64,000 bases of DNA, taken from Candidatus Dojkabacteria bacterium (GTDB lineage Bacteria; Patescibacteriota; Dojkabacteria; J137). Numbering within the stretch: position 1 is the stretch's first letter; each line of letters begins with the position of its first letter. The notes below the pieces were generated by a model. It saw only the letters and a program-made list of their open reading frames with translations, did no database searches and was not told where the DNA came from. Position numbers and translations under genes: made by a program. This document shows, piece after piece, positions 9,571 through 19,815 of this stretch. The DNA lies in NCBI GenBank assembly GCA_041750555.1, contig JBGSZB010000029.1, positions 672-64,671 of the forward strand, in the 5' to 3' direction.

Positions 9571-9676
9571 ATGTATATAATATTATGAATCACTAATCTT
9601 TGGAATAGTTTAAGAATTATTTGATATTTTAACAATCTCTTGTATATTAAATATATATTTTCTAAAAATTAATTAA

Positions 9677-10483
9677 ATGAAAGATAATCAACCTATAATT
9701 TCTATTATAATTGTTACCTGGAATAACTCTCAGGATATTAAAAGTTGTTTAGAGAGTGTTTTTAACCAAACTTACAAAAATTTTAATGTTGTATTGGTTG
9801 ATAATGCTTCAACTGATAATACTGTAGAAATTGTTAGAAGTAATTTTCAATCAGTAATAATTTTACAGAATAAAGCAAATCAATATTTAACAAGGGGAAA
9901 TAATAAAGGTATTAAGTTTTCAATTGATACATTTGACCCTAAATATATTATGGTTTTAAATCCAGATACCCTTCTTAGTAAAAATTTGCTATCTGAATTG
10001 GTTAATGTTTTAGAAAAAAATCCAGAAGTTGGAGCTAGTGGTCCAAAAGTAATATTTGAGAACGATAGAGATAAGGGTTTAATTAATTCTGCAGGATTAA
10101 TTTTTGATGGATTTATGCAAGCATATGATAGAGGTTTCTTAGAGAAAGATAAGGGGCAATACGATAAACAAGAATATGTTTTTGGGGTTACTGGGGCATG
10201 CATTCTTTATAGAGCTGATATGCTTAAAGATATAGGGCTTTATTGGGAACAAGTAAGACTTCATTTAGATGAGGTTGAGTTATTTATTAGAGCTAAGAAA
10301 CGTAATTGGAAAGTTATATACAATCCTAAAGCGATTCTTCAACATAAATATATGCAATCTACAGATCAGAATAAAGCATACAAGATTAATAACGCAAAAA
10401 AGAATGTGTGGTTAAAAATTGCTCTAAAGCATTATTCATTAAAAAGTAAATTAGCAATGATTAAAAAGTATTTGTTTAGTTAA
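9677..10483 (+). CDS. GT2-family glycosyltransferase
   Basis: SIIIVTWN, LVDNASTD, LNPDT, VTGAC. Confidence 0.9.
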   Translation: MKDNQPIISIIIVTWNNSQDIKSCLESVFNQTYKNFNVVLVDNASTDNTVEIVRSNFQSVIILQNKANQYLTRGNNKGIKFSIDTFDPKYIMVLNPDTLLSKNLLSELVNVLEKNPEVGASGPKVIFENDRDKGLINSAGLIFDGFMQAYDRGFLEKDKGQYDKQEYVFGVTGACILYRADMLKDIGLYWEQVRLHLDEVELFIRAKKRNWKVIYNPKAILQHKYMQSTDQNKAYKINNAKKNVWLKIALKHYSLKSKLAMIKKYLFS

Positions 10484-10491
10484 GTTTTTAA

Positions 10492-10899
10492 TTAGCTTTC
10501 TGCATTCAGCCTTTGATCTACAAATCTCCTAATAGTGTGAGTTTTATCATGAACACTAATAAAAGTAAGGATCTTTTCAATCTGAGACCTTCTTTCTGAC
10601 TGATACTCTCCTCTAATATACCCTTTTATATATGACTTAGAAGTACTTTTTACTAACATATCTCTAATCTCTTGCACTGCTCTTGAAAATAATTTATTAA
10701 GTTGTAAGTTTCGAGATTCCCCTTTTGGAAATCTTTCTGATATTGATGCCAATGCAGAGTATAATTCAAAAAACTTCAAGATACGATTATCATCATCATA
10801 TGAACCTTCTATTAAGTCATTAAGTACTTTCTCTGCAACCTCCAGATCACTTCCGTTTCCCATGATATCGAGAGTTTCAAAATCAACCTCATGATCCAT
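10492..10899 (-). CDS. Hypothetical soluble protein (orphan-like)
   Basis: 135-aa ORF filling an intergenic gap; no motif recognised; ends ...LNAES. Confidence 0.6.
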   Translation of the reverse strand: MDHEVDFETLDIMGNGSDLEVAEKVLNDLIEGSYDDDNRILKFFELYSALASISERFPKGESRNLQLNKLFSRAVQEIRDMLVKSTSKSYIKGYIRGEYQSERRSQIEKILTFISVHDKTHTIRRFVDQRLNAES

Positions 10900-10967
10900 A
10901 CAGACTATCTTAAATTTAATACAGGATTATATTACTGATGATTAAATAATATAAAGGTCCTATAATA

Positions 10968-11468
10968 TTAAATAACAATATTACCAATTAAAAGAACCCC
11001 TAAAGAGATTAATAGACCTAGAAGAAACCCCACAATTACATCACTTAAATAATGATAGCCTAGTACTACTCTACTAAACCCTAGAATTATTGAATAAATT
11101 AATATTAAAAATACTATTAAAGGATTAGTAATATAAAATAAACTTAATATAAAAAAATAACCAACACTAGTAGCGTGAGTTGATGGAAATGAATGCGAAG
11201 TTAACTTTGAATAGTATGGTCTCTTTCTTTTAATAAACTTTTTAATACCATTCTCAATAATTAAAAACATTAAAACTATACCTACAATACTTAAGATAAA
11301 TAGTTCTAATCTTTTTTCAGTAAATAACAATTCAATTAATATTAAAGGAATAACTCCATATCCTACAGTTAATAAATCTAATAGTTTATGAGTTGACTTA
11401 TTAAGCCTAAAGACATTAAATACCTTTTCTGATAAACTCCTATCTAGTAGTACTAATTGTTTATACAT
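10968..11468 (-). CDS. PAP2-family polyprenyl-phosphate phosphatase
   Basis: KKFIKRKRP, SFPSTHA, SRVVLGYHYLSDV catalytic motifs; multiple TMs. Confidence 0.9.
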   Translation of the reverse strand: MYKQLVLLDRSLSEKVFNVFRLNKSTHKLLDLLTVGYGVIPLILIELLFTEKRLELFILSIVGIVLMFLIIENGIKKFIKRKRPYYSKLTSHSFPSTHATSVGYFFILSLFYITNPLIVFLILIYSIILGFSRVVLGYHYLSDVIVGFLLGLLISLGVLLIGNIVI

Positions 11469-12346
11469 TGAATAAATTTAAAGATTACTTAACATTAATA
11501 AGAATACATCAGATTCCTAAAAATTTCTTTATATTTCTACCATTAATATTTACTTCTAAATTTTTAATATTAGATGATTTAGTTAAATCTATACTCTACT
11601 TTCTACTTTTTACAATTATTACCTGGAGTGTATATATTATTAATGATATTAAAGATATAGAGGAAGATAAACTTCATCCAATTAAAAAGTATAGACCTTT
11701 AGCTTCTAATAAAATATCAAAAAATGAATTATTAATTATAAGATCATTCTTATCATTTTTATTCTTACTAATATCCTTTATTTGGTTTATTTTTATTGGA
11801 ATTGATTTAAACTTTATACTTGCACTTATTGTTCTATCAACTTACTTCTTAATTAATATTTTATATTCATATTTCTTTAAAAGAATACCTTATATTGAAT
11901 TAACTATAGTTCCAATAGGTTTTATATTAAGAAGTTTAGGTGGAGCCTATATTATTAATGAATATTTATCTATAGATCTATTTTTATTAATACTATTTTT
12001 AACCTCTTTTATTATTTTATCTAAAAGATTTAGAGAAAAATTTGTTACTAAATCTAGTAGAAGTGTTTTAAAAGTTTATACTAATAATTTTCTAAATTAT
12101 GGATTAAAAATTACTTTAAGCTTATTTTTAATTACCTATACCCTATTTACTTTATTCAACACAAGACATAGTAGTTTAATAATAATTACTAATCCATTTG
12201 TTTACTTAATTTCCATACGATACTTAAATTTAATTACTAATTCAAATGATAAGCAAGATGATCCTTTTAAAATATTTATTAAAGATAAATTTAATTTATT
12301 CTTAATAATACTCTGGGGAATAATTGTTGTTATTGAAACCATCTAA
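11468..12346 (+). CDS. UbiA-family polyprenyl-phosphate phosphoribosyltransferase (DPPR synthase-like)
   Basis: RIHQIPKN, YIINDIKDIEEDKLHPIKKYRPLAS, YS..FKR; ~9 TMs; TTG start. Confidence 0.85.
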   Translation: MNKFKDYLTLIRIHQIPKNFFIFLPLIFTSKFLILDDLVKSILYFLLFTIITWSVYIINDIKDIEEDKLHPIKKYRPLASNKISKNELLIIRSFLSFLFLLISFIWFIFIGIDLNFILALIVLSTYFLINILYSYFFKRIPYIELTIVPIGFILRSLGGAYIINEYLSIDLFLLILFLTSFIILSKRFREKFVTKSSRSVLKVYTNNFLNYGLKITLSLFLITYTLFTLFNTRHSSLIIITNPFVYLISIRYLNLITNSNDKQDDPFKIFIKDKFNLFLIILWGIIVVIETI

Positions 12347-13866
12347 TGCAGTATCTAAAGGAGAAAATAAAATTAAATAAAGCTTTATATCTAGTTTTAC
12401 TTGTTGTGATTTCTCTCTCTTTAATCACTATTCTATTAAATAATCCAAAAAGTTTTGGTGATGGGAGCGAATACACTTTATTGCTTGAAAGCTTATACAA
12501 TCACCAAAGCCCTGAATTGAGATTAGAAGATATTAATAGCACATACACAAATGCACTTAAATACAATTATGACGTTAATCTTTTTACACAAGAGAATGCA
12601 TATAGTGGGTACTTTACATCTGGTGATGGTTTAAACTACTCCTATCATTTCTGGGGATATTCCTTAGTATCCTTGCCAGTTAGGGGCTTTTTAGAAGTTT
12701 TTAATTTAAATATATTTAATACTTTTGCAATAACAAACTTATTACTCTTTAGTATTACTTCGTTTTTAATTCCTTTACTCATAAAGAGAAATAAAATAAT
12801 ATCTTTTTTAATACTTACTCTTAATACATCAATTCTTTACATTAACCTTAATCATCCTGAGTTCTTTACCTATTCATTAGTATTACTCTCTTCTCTTCTT
12901 TTTTTAAGAAATAAATACTTTTTAGCAATATTATTAAGTTCTCTAGCATCTCTTCAAAACACACCTGTAATATTTTTAACGTTATTAATATTAATTTATT
13001 CAACATATATTTATTTTAAAGAAACAGGGTTTAGATTAGTTTTAATAAAAAGACTATTACCCATATTTTTAATTTCCCTAATATCAGTCATTCCCTTTAT
13101 TTTTTACTATATAAACTTTCAAACTTTTAATTTAATACAAAAGGTTGGAGGGTCCGATTTAAATTTAATTTCTTTAAAAAGAGTAATTGAACTGTTTTTT
13201 GACCCTAACTTAGGATTATTTTTTTATGTTCCACTATCTGTAATTGGTATAGTTACTTCAATTTATTATTTCATTAAAAAAAGATCTTTAAAGATACTAA
13301 TCTTAATCTTAAGTGTTGTATTAATGAGTATTCTTTCTACTTCAACAACTAACTGGAATCATGGAATGATAACCTCTTCTAGATACGCTATATGGGCAAT
13401 ACTACCAATAGGTAACTTGCTTCTTATTGAGATAGTAAATCGGGAAAACATAATAATAAATTTGAAAGATTTTATTAAATTAGAGGGGTTGAAAACTCTA
13501 TTTAAGTTTAAATACTTAATAACTATTGCAATCTATTTATTACTAATCTATCAATTATTAATAGTAGTAATAGCAGGAGGTTTAATTTCAAACGGAAGAT
13601 TGGGGGGAAGCGGATTAACTCCTTTCTCTCAAGTAATATTAAATTACTTTCCATCTCTCTACTCTCCTACACAGCAAATATTTGAAGGTAGAGTTTTATG
13701 TAATGAAAAATTGTGTGATTATCCAATAATATATAAATACAATAATGATTGTAAGAAGATATTATTAAAGAATACTAGTGATAATGTTTCTAAAGTTATT
13801 AATGAATGTGGAGAAAATTTTAATATAGATCACTGTGATTCTACTTTTTGTTATTATAGTTATTAA
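12346..13866 (+). CDS. Polytopic membrane protein, probable GT-C glycosyltransferase
   Basis: GDGSEY in first external loop, HPE, many TMs, C-terminal RY; translationally coupled to ubiA-like gene. Confidence 0.6.
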   Translation: MQYLKEKIKLNKALYLVLLVVISLSLITILLNNPKSFGDGSEYTLLLESLYNHQSPELRLEDINSTYTNALKYNYDVNLFTQENAYSGYFTSGDGLNYSYHFWGYSLVSLPVRGFLEVFNLNIFNTFAITNLLLFSITSFLIPLLIKRNKIISFLILTLNTSILYINLNHPEFFTYSLVLLSSLLFLRNKYFLAILLSSLASLQNTPVIFLTLLILIYSTYIYFKETGFRLVLIKRLLPIFLISLISVIPFIFYYINFQTFNLIQKVGGSDLNLISLKRVIELFFDPNLGLFFYVPLSVIGIVTSIYYFIKKRSLKILILILSVVLMSILSTSTTNWNHGMITSSRYAIWAILPIGNLLLIEIVNRENIIINLKDFIKLEGLKTLFKFKYLITIAIYLLLIYQLLIVVIAGGLISNGRLGGSGLTPFSQVILNYFPSLYSPTQQIFEGRVLCNEKLCDYPIIYKYNNDCKKILLKNTSDNVSKVINECGENFNIDHCDSTFCYYSY

Positions 13867-13869
13867 GAT

Positions 13870-14847
13870 ATGGAGAAATTTAAAAAAACTGCAATTATAA
13901 TTGTAAGCTATAAAACACCTTGGTATTTAAACCAATGTTTAAAAAGTATATATAAACATACTTCTAACTTTCATATATATATTTCTCAAAATACTAAAGA
14001 CTTAGCTTCCATTAATGTTATTAACAAATATATTAGTAAATATCCAAATACCCTAACTTTAAAAATTAATGATAAAAATTTAGGATATGTTGGAGGAGTT
14101 AATAGTCTGTACACAGAAACTATACAACATGAGAGAATATGCTTTCTAAATAGTGATTGTATAGTAACCCCTAATTGGTTAACTGAAATGAATAAAGTTT
14201 TAGATTTAGATAATAATGTTGTACAAGTAGCTCCTGACTCTAATCAATTTTATACTGAAAAACTTTTTTGGAGATTAATTAGATGGCAAATTATGAAAAG
14301 ATTTCCAATATTAGGGGCTAGAATATATAAATATATGTTGTTTTTTAATCCACCTAGACATAGTGGTAATAAAGACTTTAGTGATACAGGCGATAAATTT
14401 TATCTATTCTGTGGTGGATTTTGTAATTTAATTAGAAGTAAATACTTTAAAGATTTAGGTTATTTATTAGATCCTAACATTGTTCATGGATATGGAGACG
14501 ATTTTGACCTAAGTTACTATTTAAGGCAATTTGGTAAGATTGGGGCTACATATCATAGTTATGTATTCCATTTTGTTAATGCTTCTTTAAACAAATTAAA
14601 TTCTAGAGAACAATTAAAACAAAAAGTGAGTCAATTAAATAGACTGTATATTGTTTCTAAATGGGAAAACAGATTAAAAGATGATATGAATAAAGTAAAT
14701 CAAGATGAACTACTCTCTCTCTCTAACTCTCAAGAAATTGATATTATTCTTAAATACTTTGGAATAATTAACATTGATCCTAAATTTAGAGAATATATTA
14801 AATCTATTCCTGCAAAAGAATACGAGAATCAATTATTAAATAATTAG
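13870..14847 (+). CDS. GT2-family glycosyltransferase
   Basis: IIIVSY, NLGYVGGVN, FLNSDC, GDDFDL. Confidence 0.85.
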   Translation: MEKFKKTAIIIVSYKTPWYLNQCLKSIYKHTSNFHIYISQNTKDLASINVINKYISKYPNTLTLKINDKNLGYVGGVNSLYTETIQHERICFLNSDCIVTPNWLTEMNKVLDLDNNVVQVAPDSNQFYTEKLFWRLIRWQIMKRFPILGARIYKYMLFFNPPRHSGNKDFSDTGDKFYLFCGGFCNLIRSKYFKDLGYLLDPNIVHGYGDDFDLSYYLRQFGKIGATYHSYVFHFVNASLNKLNSREQLKQKVSQLNRLYIVSKWENRLKDDMNKVNQDELLSLSNSQEIDIILKYFGIINIDPKFREYIKSIPAKEYENQLLNN

Positions 14848-14925
14848 CTTAAAGTTAATTTAAGTGTATATAATATCCCTAAGAAATAATATTTCTTAAA
14901 CGTCTTTTATTTATTATTTAATTAA

Positions 14926-16002
14926 ATGAAAATAATAATATTTGCTGGAGGTACAGGTAAAAGATTTTGGCCTGCTAGTAGAAAGAGTTCTCCTAAACAG
15001 TTTTTACCAATAATAAATAATAGTCCATTAATTAAAATTAAATACGAGTATTTAAGATTAGGCTTTAAACCCGAAGATATATTTGTAAGTACTGGAATTC
15101 AATACAAAAAAGAAGTAACTACAATTTTAAATGAATTACCAGAACAAAACTTTATATTTGAACCAGAGATGAGAGATACCGGTCCTGCAGTAACCCTTGC
15201 AATATCATATGTTTCAAAAAGATTTCCAACGGAAGTTATCTCAACTCAATGGTCAGATCATTTAATAAAAAAACCTAAAGTATTTATTAAAGCATTGAGG
15301 GAATCTGAAAAATATATTTTAAATAATAGGGCTAAATATATTTTAATTGGAGTTCCTGCTAGATTCCCCTCACCTCATAGGGGATATATTAAATTTGGTA
15401 ATGAAATAGAAAAGATTAATAAAGATATTAGTTTAAAAAAGTTTATAGCTTTTAAAGAAAAACCAGATTTAGAGTTAGCCAAAGTTTATATTAAATCTAA
15501 AAACTACGCTTGGAATCCAGGTTACTGGAGTATGAAGGGAGTTGATTATTTAAATATTGTAAAGAAGAGCTCTCCTGAAATTTACAATGTTTGCCAGGAA
15601 ATAGTTAATAGTGAATTTAATATTAATAGTTTAAATAAGTTTAAAACTTTAGAAAAGATAGCCGCTGATTATATCTTTGCAGAAAACTTAAAAGTTAAGG
15701 ATACCCTAGTTACTTTAAGTGATATGGGTTGGAGTGATGTTGGGGAATGGATAGCTTTTAAAGAAGCATTTGAAAGTAGTAATAATTCAAATGTAAGTAT
15801 TGGTAATAGCTTTGACTATGAATCACATGATACTCTAATTTATAATCAAGAAAATGAAAAGTTAATAGCCACAATTGGATTAAAAGGCTTTGTGGTTGTT
15901 AATACTAAAGATGTACTAGCAATATTTCACAAAGATGATAATACTAAAATTAAAGAGTTTTTAAATAAATTAGAGGAGAATGATTTAAGTAAATATCTAT
16001 AA
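14926..16002 (+). CDS. manC: Mannose-1-phosphate guanylyltransferase
   Basis: FAGGTGKRFWPASRKSSPKQFL, EPEMRDTGPA, SDH, FKEKP, GWSDVGEW. Confidence 0.9.
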   Translation: MKIIIFAGGTGKRFWPASRKSSPKQFLPIINNSPLIKIKYEYLRLGFKPEDIFVSTGIQYKKEVTTILNELPEQNFIFEPEMRDTGPAVTLAISYVSKRFPTEVISTQWSDHLIKKPKVFIKALRESEKYILNNRAKYILIGVPARFPSPHRGYIKFGNEIEKINKDISLKKFIAFKEKPDLELAKVYIKSKNYAWNPGYWSMKGVDYLNIVKKSSPEIYNVCQEIVNSEFNINSLNKFKTLEKIAADYIFAENLKVKDTLVTLSDMGWSDVGEWIAFKEAFESSNNSNVSIGNSFDYESHDTLIYNQENEKLIATIGLKGFVVVNTKDVLAIFHKDDNTKIKEFLNKLEENDLSKYL

Positions 16003-16084
16003 TTCAATAGTTACTTAATGTATTTATTTACTCATATAATTACTTTACTGCTATACTGAATTGATAAAAGTGAGAAATAAATAT

Positions 16085-16516
16085 ATGGTCAGAAAAACAT
16101 TAAATACACAGGTTTTTAGATTTTTAGTTGTAGGATTTAGTGCTTTTTTAATAGATTATGGAACTCTTTTTATTTTAATTGAAGTTTTTAAATTTAATTT
16201 AGAACTATTTAACTTTATATTAGTTGCTAATATCATCTCTACTGTTATAGCTGTACTATTTGGTTTCTATTTTCAAAAGAAATGGACATTTAAAACTATT
16301 AACTCTGAAAAGGCTAAGATGGAGTTTGTGTTGTTTATTGCCCTACAAGTATTTAACATCTTATTTTACAATGCTTTATTATTTAATATTTTTAGATACA
16401 ACTTATCTCTTGATGCATTAATTGCTAAACCTTTAGTTGTTGTATTTCAAACCATAACAAGTTATATGGCTATGAAGTTTATTATCTTTAAAACAGATAC
16501 AAAAGTAAGTAATTAA
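16085..16516 (+). CDS. GtrA-family flippase-like membrane protein
   Basis: FRFLVVG, AN, KKWTF motif, 4 TMs; ATG at 16085 preferred because TGCTATACT (16049-16057) sits only 3 nt before the TTG at 16061. Confidence 0.85.
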   Translation: MVRKTLNTQVFRFLVVGFSAFLIDYGTLFILIEVFKFNLELFNFILVANIISTVIAVLFGFYFQKKWTFKTINSEKAKMEFVLFIALQVFNILFYNALLFNIFRYNLSLDALIAKPLVVVFQTITSYMAMKFIIFKTDTKVSN

Positions 16517-16560
16517 TTACTATTTAATATATAAATTAAAGCTTATATTTTTTTATAACT

Positions 16561-17304
16561 ATGAAAAATACCCTTTTATCAATTGTAATACCTGCATACA
16601 ATGAGGAAAAAACTTTAGAAGAATTAGTTAATAGAGTTCTTAAAGTTAAATTCCCTGAAGATATAGATACTGAAATAATTATTGTTAATGATGGTTCTCA
16701 AGATAATACAGGTAAGATTGCTAAATCATTAGATAAGAAACATAAAAATATTAAAGCTTTTGATAATGCAGAAAATTCTGGTAAATCACAAACTGTTAGG
16801 AATGGATTATTAAAAACAAAAGGAGATATTGTAGTTATTCAAGATGCTGATTTTGAATATGATCCTAATGAATTAGTAGATTTATTAAATTTAATGAGGG
16901 AAAACAATTTGGAAGTTGTATATGGGAATAGGTTTGGGAAAAAGAATAAGGTTATATATTGGCAAAACTATATTGGAAATAAATTTTTATCTCTCGTTTC
17001 AAATGTTTTTACATACCCAAGAATTGGAGTATGGTTACCTGATATGGAAGTTTGCTATAAAATGATTAAAGGAGATATTGCTAGAAAGCTAGGCGAAGAA
17101 ATAGTATCTACTACCATGTTTGGTTTAGAACCTGAAATTACCGCTAAACTATCCCAATATACAATAGAAAAAAGAAGGTTAAAGTTTGGAGTTGTACCAA
17201 TTAGTTATCTACCTCGTAGTATAAAAGAAGGCAAAAAGATGAAAGCTTTTAATGATGGGTTTAAAGCTATAGTTGAGATTATTAAATTTAATTTACTAAA
17301 CTAG
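16561..17304 (+). CDS. GT2 polyprenyl-phosphate glycosyltransferase (DPM1-like)
   Basis: SIVIPAYNEE, VNDGSQD, QDADFEYDP, DMEVCYK, EPEITAK. Confidence 0.9.
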   Translation: MKNTLLSIVIPAYNEEKTLEELVNRVLKVKFPEDIDTEIIIVNDGSQDNTGKIAKSLDKKHKNIKAFDNAENSGKSQTVRNGLLKTKGDIVVIQDADFEYDPNELVDLLNLMRENNLEVVYGNRFGKKNKVIYWQNYIGNKFLSLVSNVFTYPRIGVWLPDMEVCYKMIKGDIARKLGEEIVSTTMFGLEPEITAKLSQYTIEKRRLKFGVVPISYLPRSIKEGKKMKAFNDGFKAIVEIIKFNLLN

Positions 17305-17307
17305 TAT

Positions 17308-18252
17308 TTATTTATATTGAATTGCCTTTAACCTTTCAATTGTATCCTCTACTAACTTTCTATTAACTGATATTAATTCTGCAAGTATTCCTAAAGATAC
17401 TAATTGAACACCAACGACCAAAGATATTGCTCCCAATGTTACTGATTGTATATATCCATCTCCTTGCCCTATCAGAAAGAAATAAAAGAATCTTCCAAGT
17501 GTTATTGCTGCAAATAAAAAGAAAATTGATGAAATATATAAAAAAGTCTTAAAGGGTTCATAAATTGCAAACATTCTCAGTATATTGAAACCTGATTTTT
17601 TAAGTTTACTAAATAAGCTTTTGATTAATCTTGATTCCCTTGTTTTAGCATTAACATTGATTGGTAACCATACTATATCTAAACCTTTTTTGCTTGCTTG
17701 AATAACAGTATCGACAGTATATGTATAATTCGTTACTACATTAATTTTTATCATGGCTACCCTAGAGTAAGCTCTGAAACCACTTACTGCGTCTCTAACT
17801 TCAGATCCTGCAGCCATTTGGGTTAAACCACTTCCTAACTTTTGAAGCATTTTTTTAATAAATGAAAACTCTTTTATACTTGAAGTTTTTCTATCTCCAA
17901 TAACTATTTCTGCCCTTCCTTCAAGAATAGGTTTAATTAAATCAGGAATTCGCTCTGATGGATATTGATTGTCACCATCAGTATTAACTAGAATATCTGC
18001 CCCATTTTTAAGAGCATTATCTAATCCCAATTTAAAAGCTCTTCCTAACCATCTTCTATTCTTACCGTTATATCTTACTATATGTTTTACACCAAGTTTC
18101 TTTGCAACTTCAATTGTTTTATCAGTTGAGCCATCATCAATAATTTGGTATTCAATTACATCTACACCTTCTATCTTTTTAGGCATTTTTTTAAAAACCA
18201 TTGGTAATGTCTCCTCTTCGTTAAAACAGGGGATTTGTATTATGAGTTTCAT
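17308..18252 (-). CDS. GT2 polyprenyl-phosphate glycosyltransferase with two C-terminal TMs
   Basis: QIPCFNEE, DDGSTD, TDGDNQY, DAVSGFRAY. Confidence 0.9.
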   Translation of the reverse strand: MKLIIQIPCFNEEETLPMVFKKMPKKIEGVDVIEYQIIDDGSTDKTIEVAKKLGVKHIVRYNGKNRRWLGRAFKLGLDNALKNGADILVNTDGDNQYPSERIPDLIKPILEGRAEIVIGDRKTSSIKEFSFIKKMLQKLGSGLTQMAAGSEVRDAVSGFRAYSRVAMIKINVVTNYTYTVDTVIQASKKGLDIVWLPINVNAKTRESRLIKSLFSKLKKSGFNILRMFAIYEPFKTFLYISSIFFLFAAITLGRFFYFFLIGQGDGYIQSVTLGAISLVVGVQLVSLGILAELISVNRKLVEDTIERLKAIQYK

Positions 18253-18281
18253 TTTTATTGTATAAATATTATTATTTGGGT

Positions 18282-18290
18282 ATTATAGCA
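18282..18290 (-). promoter_or_regulatory. Extended -10 element TGCTATAAT
   Basis: Perfect TGnTATAAT 29 nt upstream of the ATG at 18252. Confidence 0.6.
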
Positions 18291-18315
18291 ACATATTTAA
18301 TGTTAATAAATTTAT

Positions 18316-18942
18316 ATGGAAAGAAAAGCTACGCCAGAAAAAGAAGACTTTGGAAAAAAATATAAAGAAACAAACTTTATCTCTAAAAAACTTTTAGATG
18401 GATATTTTAAGTCAGTTGAAAAACTTATTAGAGAAATACCGGGGTCTAATCTAAATACAACCTTAGAAATTGGTTGTGGAGAGGGATATTCTACTGCAAT
18501 TATCAAAACCTTTCTTCCAAACAGCTGTAAATTTGAGGCTTCTGAGTATGTAGAGAACTTAGTTCCAGTTGCTCAAAGTAGAAACCCAGGTTTAAAAATT
18601 GTTCAAGAAGATGTGTATAAAATGGATCGTAAGGATAATTCATTTGACCTAGTATTTTTGTTAGAAGTTTTAGAACATTTAGATTATCCTGATAAAGCCT
18701 TGGAAGAAATTAAAAGAATTGATAGTAATTATTTGATACTTGGTGTACCGAGAGAACCAATCTGGAGAGTTTTAAATATGGCTAGAGGTAAATATTTAAA
18801 AGATTTTGGAAACACTACTGGTCATTTAAACCATTGGGGAAGAAGAGGTATTATAAAATTTGTTGAGAAGAATTTTGGTCCTGTTATAAAAGTTAAAAAT
18901 CCCCTTCCTTGGACAATTCTTTTAGCTAAAAAGGTAAAATAA
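18316..18942 (+). CDS. Class I SAM-dependent methyltransferase
   Basis: LEIGCGEG, FDLVFLLEVLEHL, VPREP. Confidence 0.9.
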   Translation: MERKATPEKEDFGKKYKETNFISKKLLDGYFKSVEKLIREIPGSNLNTTLEIGCGEGYSTAIIKTFLPNSCKFEASEYVENLVPVAQSRNPGLKIVQEDVYKMDRKDNSFDLVFLLEVLEHLDYPDKALEEIKRIDSNYLILGVPREPIWRVLNMARGKYLKDFGNTTGHLNHWGRRGIIKFVEKNFGPVIKVKNPLPWTILLAKKVK

Positions 18943-18945
18943 TTA

Positions 18946-19815
18946 ATGGACAAAAAAACTATAGTTAAACTCACAAAGATTGTAGTTTATAATTTGTTTT
19001 TTGTTGGTACTTTATACTTTGCATTAAAGTCAATTGATATATCTTCTGTAGAGATACGTTTACCTGATAGTGTAACTTATTTAATACTTTCAGTTTTTTT
19101 CTTTTTTCTCTTTTATCTTTTACTTTCACTTGCTTGGAGTCTTATACTTGATACTTATTCTGAAAAAAGAAGTGGTTACACTTCAGTTTTAAGTTTTTTA
19201 GCAGGTCAGGTATATAAATATCTTCCATCAAGTTTATTTGGTATCTCTTTTAGAATACTTTATTCAAAGAAACTAGGTTTCTCTGTAGGTGATTCTATAA
19301 GAGCATCATTATTTGAAAATCTTCTTTTAATTTATACATCTTTTTGGATTTTCCTTTCCTTTTATTACTCATATATCCTTTTTCTTGCAGGGTTAATAAT
19401 ATACCTAATTGGTCTTTTAATCTTAAAAAAAGGTAAAAAAATATTTAGCAATTTACCAATTATTAAAAAGATTATAGTTTTTCAGAAGTTTTCATATTCT
19501 AAGCTTATCTCTGCTTATTTTTTGCAATCTTTAGGTTGGTTAGTAGCAGGCTTAGCTCTTTTTGTATATCAATTAGGGTTTCAAAATAATAATGCTGATA
19601 TAGTTTCTACAATTTCAGCTCAATCTGTATCATATACTGTTAGCATTTTAGCTGTATTTGCTCCAGGTGGATTAGGTATAAAAGAATATTTTTTAAACAA
19701 TGCAGGAATTACTGCATTAATAGTAATTAATTGGAGGTTATTAACGGTTGCAATGGATATAATAATAAGTAGTATTTCTATTATATTTATATACAAGAAA
19801 TCAAATGAGAATTAA
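18946..19815 (+). CDS. Lysylphosphatidylglycerol-synthase-TM-like (putative flippase) membrane protein
   Basis: KYLP and APGGLGIKE motifs, ~8 TMs. Confidence 0.75.
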   Translation: MDKKTIVKLTKIVVYNLFFVGTLYFALKSIDISSVEIRLPDSVTYLILSVFFFFLFYLLLSLAWSLILDTYSEKRSGYTSVLSFLAGQVYKYLPSSLFGISFRILYSKKLGFSVGDSIRASLFENLLLIYTSFWIFLSFYYSYILFLAGLIIYLIGLLILKKGKKIFSNLPIIKKIIVFQKFSYSKLISAYFLQSLGWLVAGLALFVYQLGFQNNNADIVSTISAQSVSYTVSILAVFAPGGLGIKEYFLNNAGITALIVINWRLLTVAMDIIISSISIIFIYKKSNEN

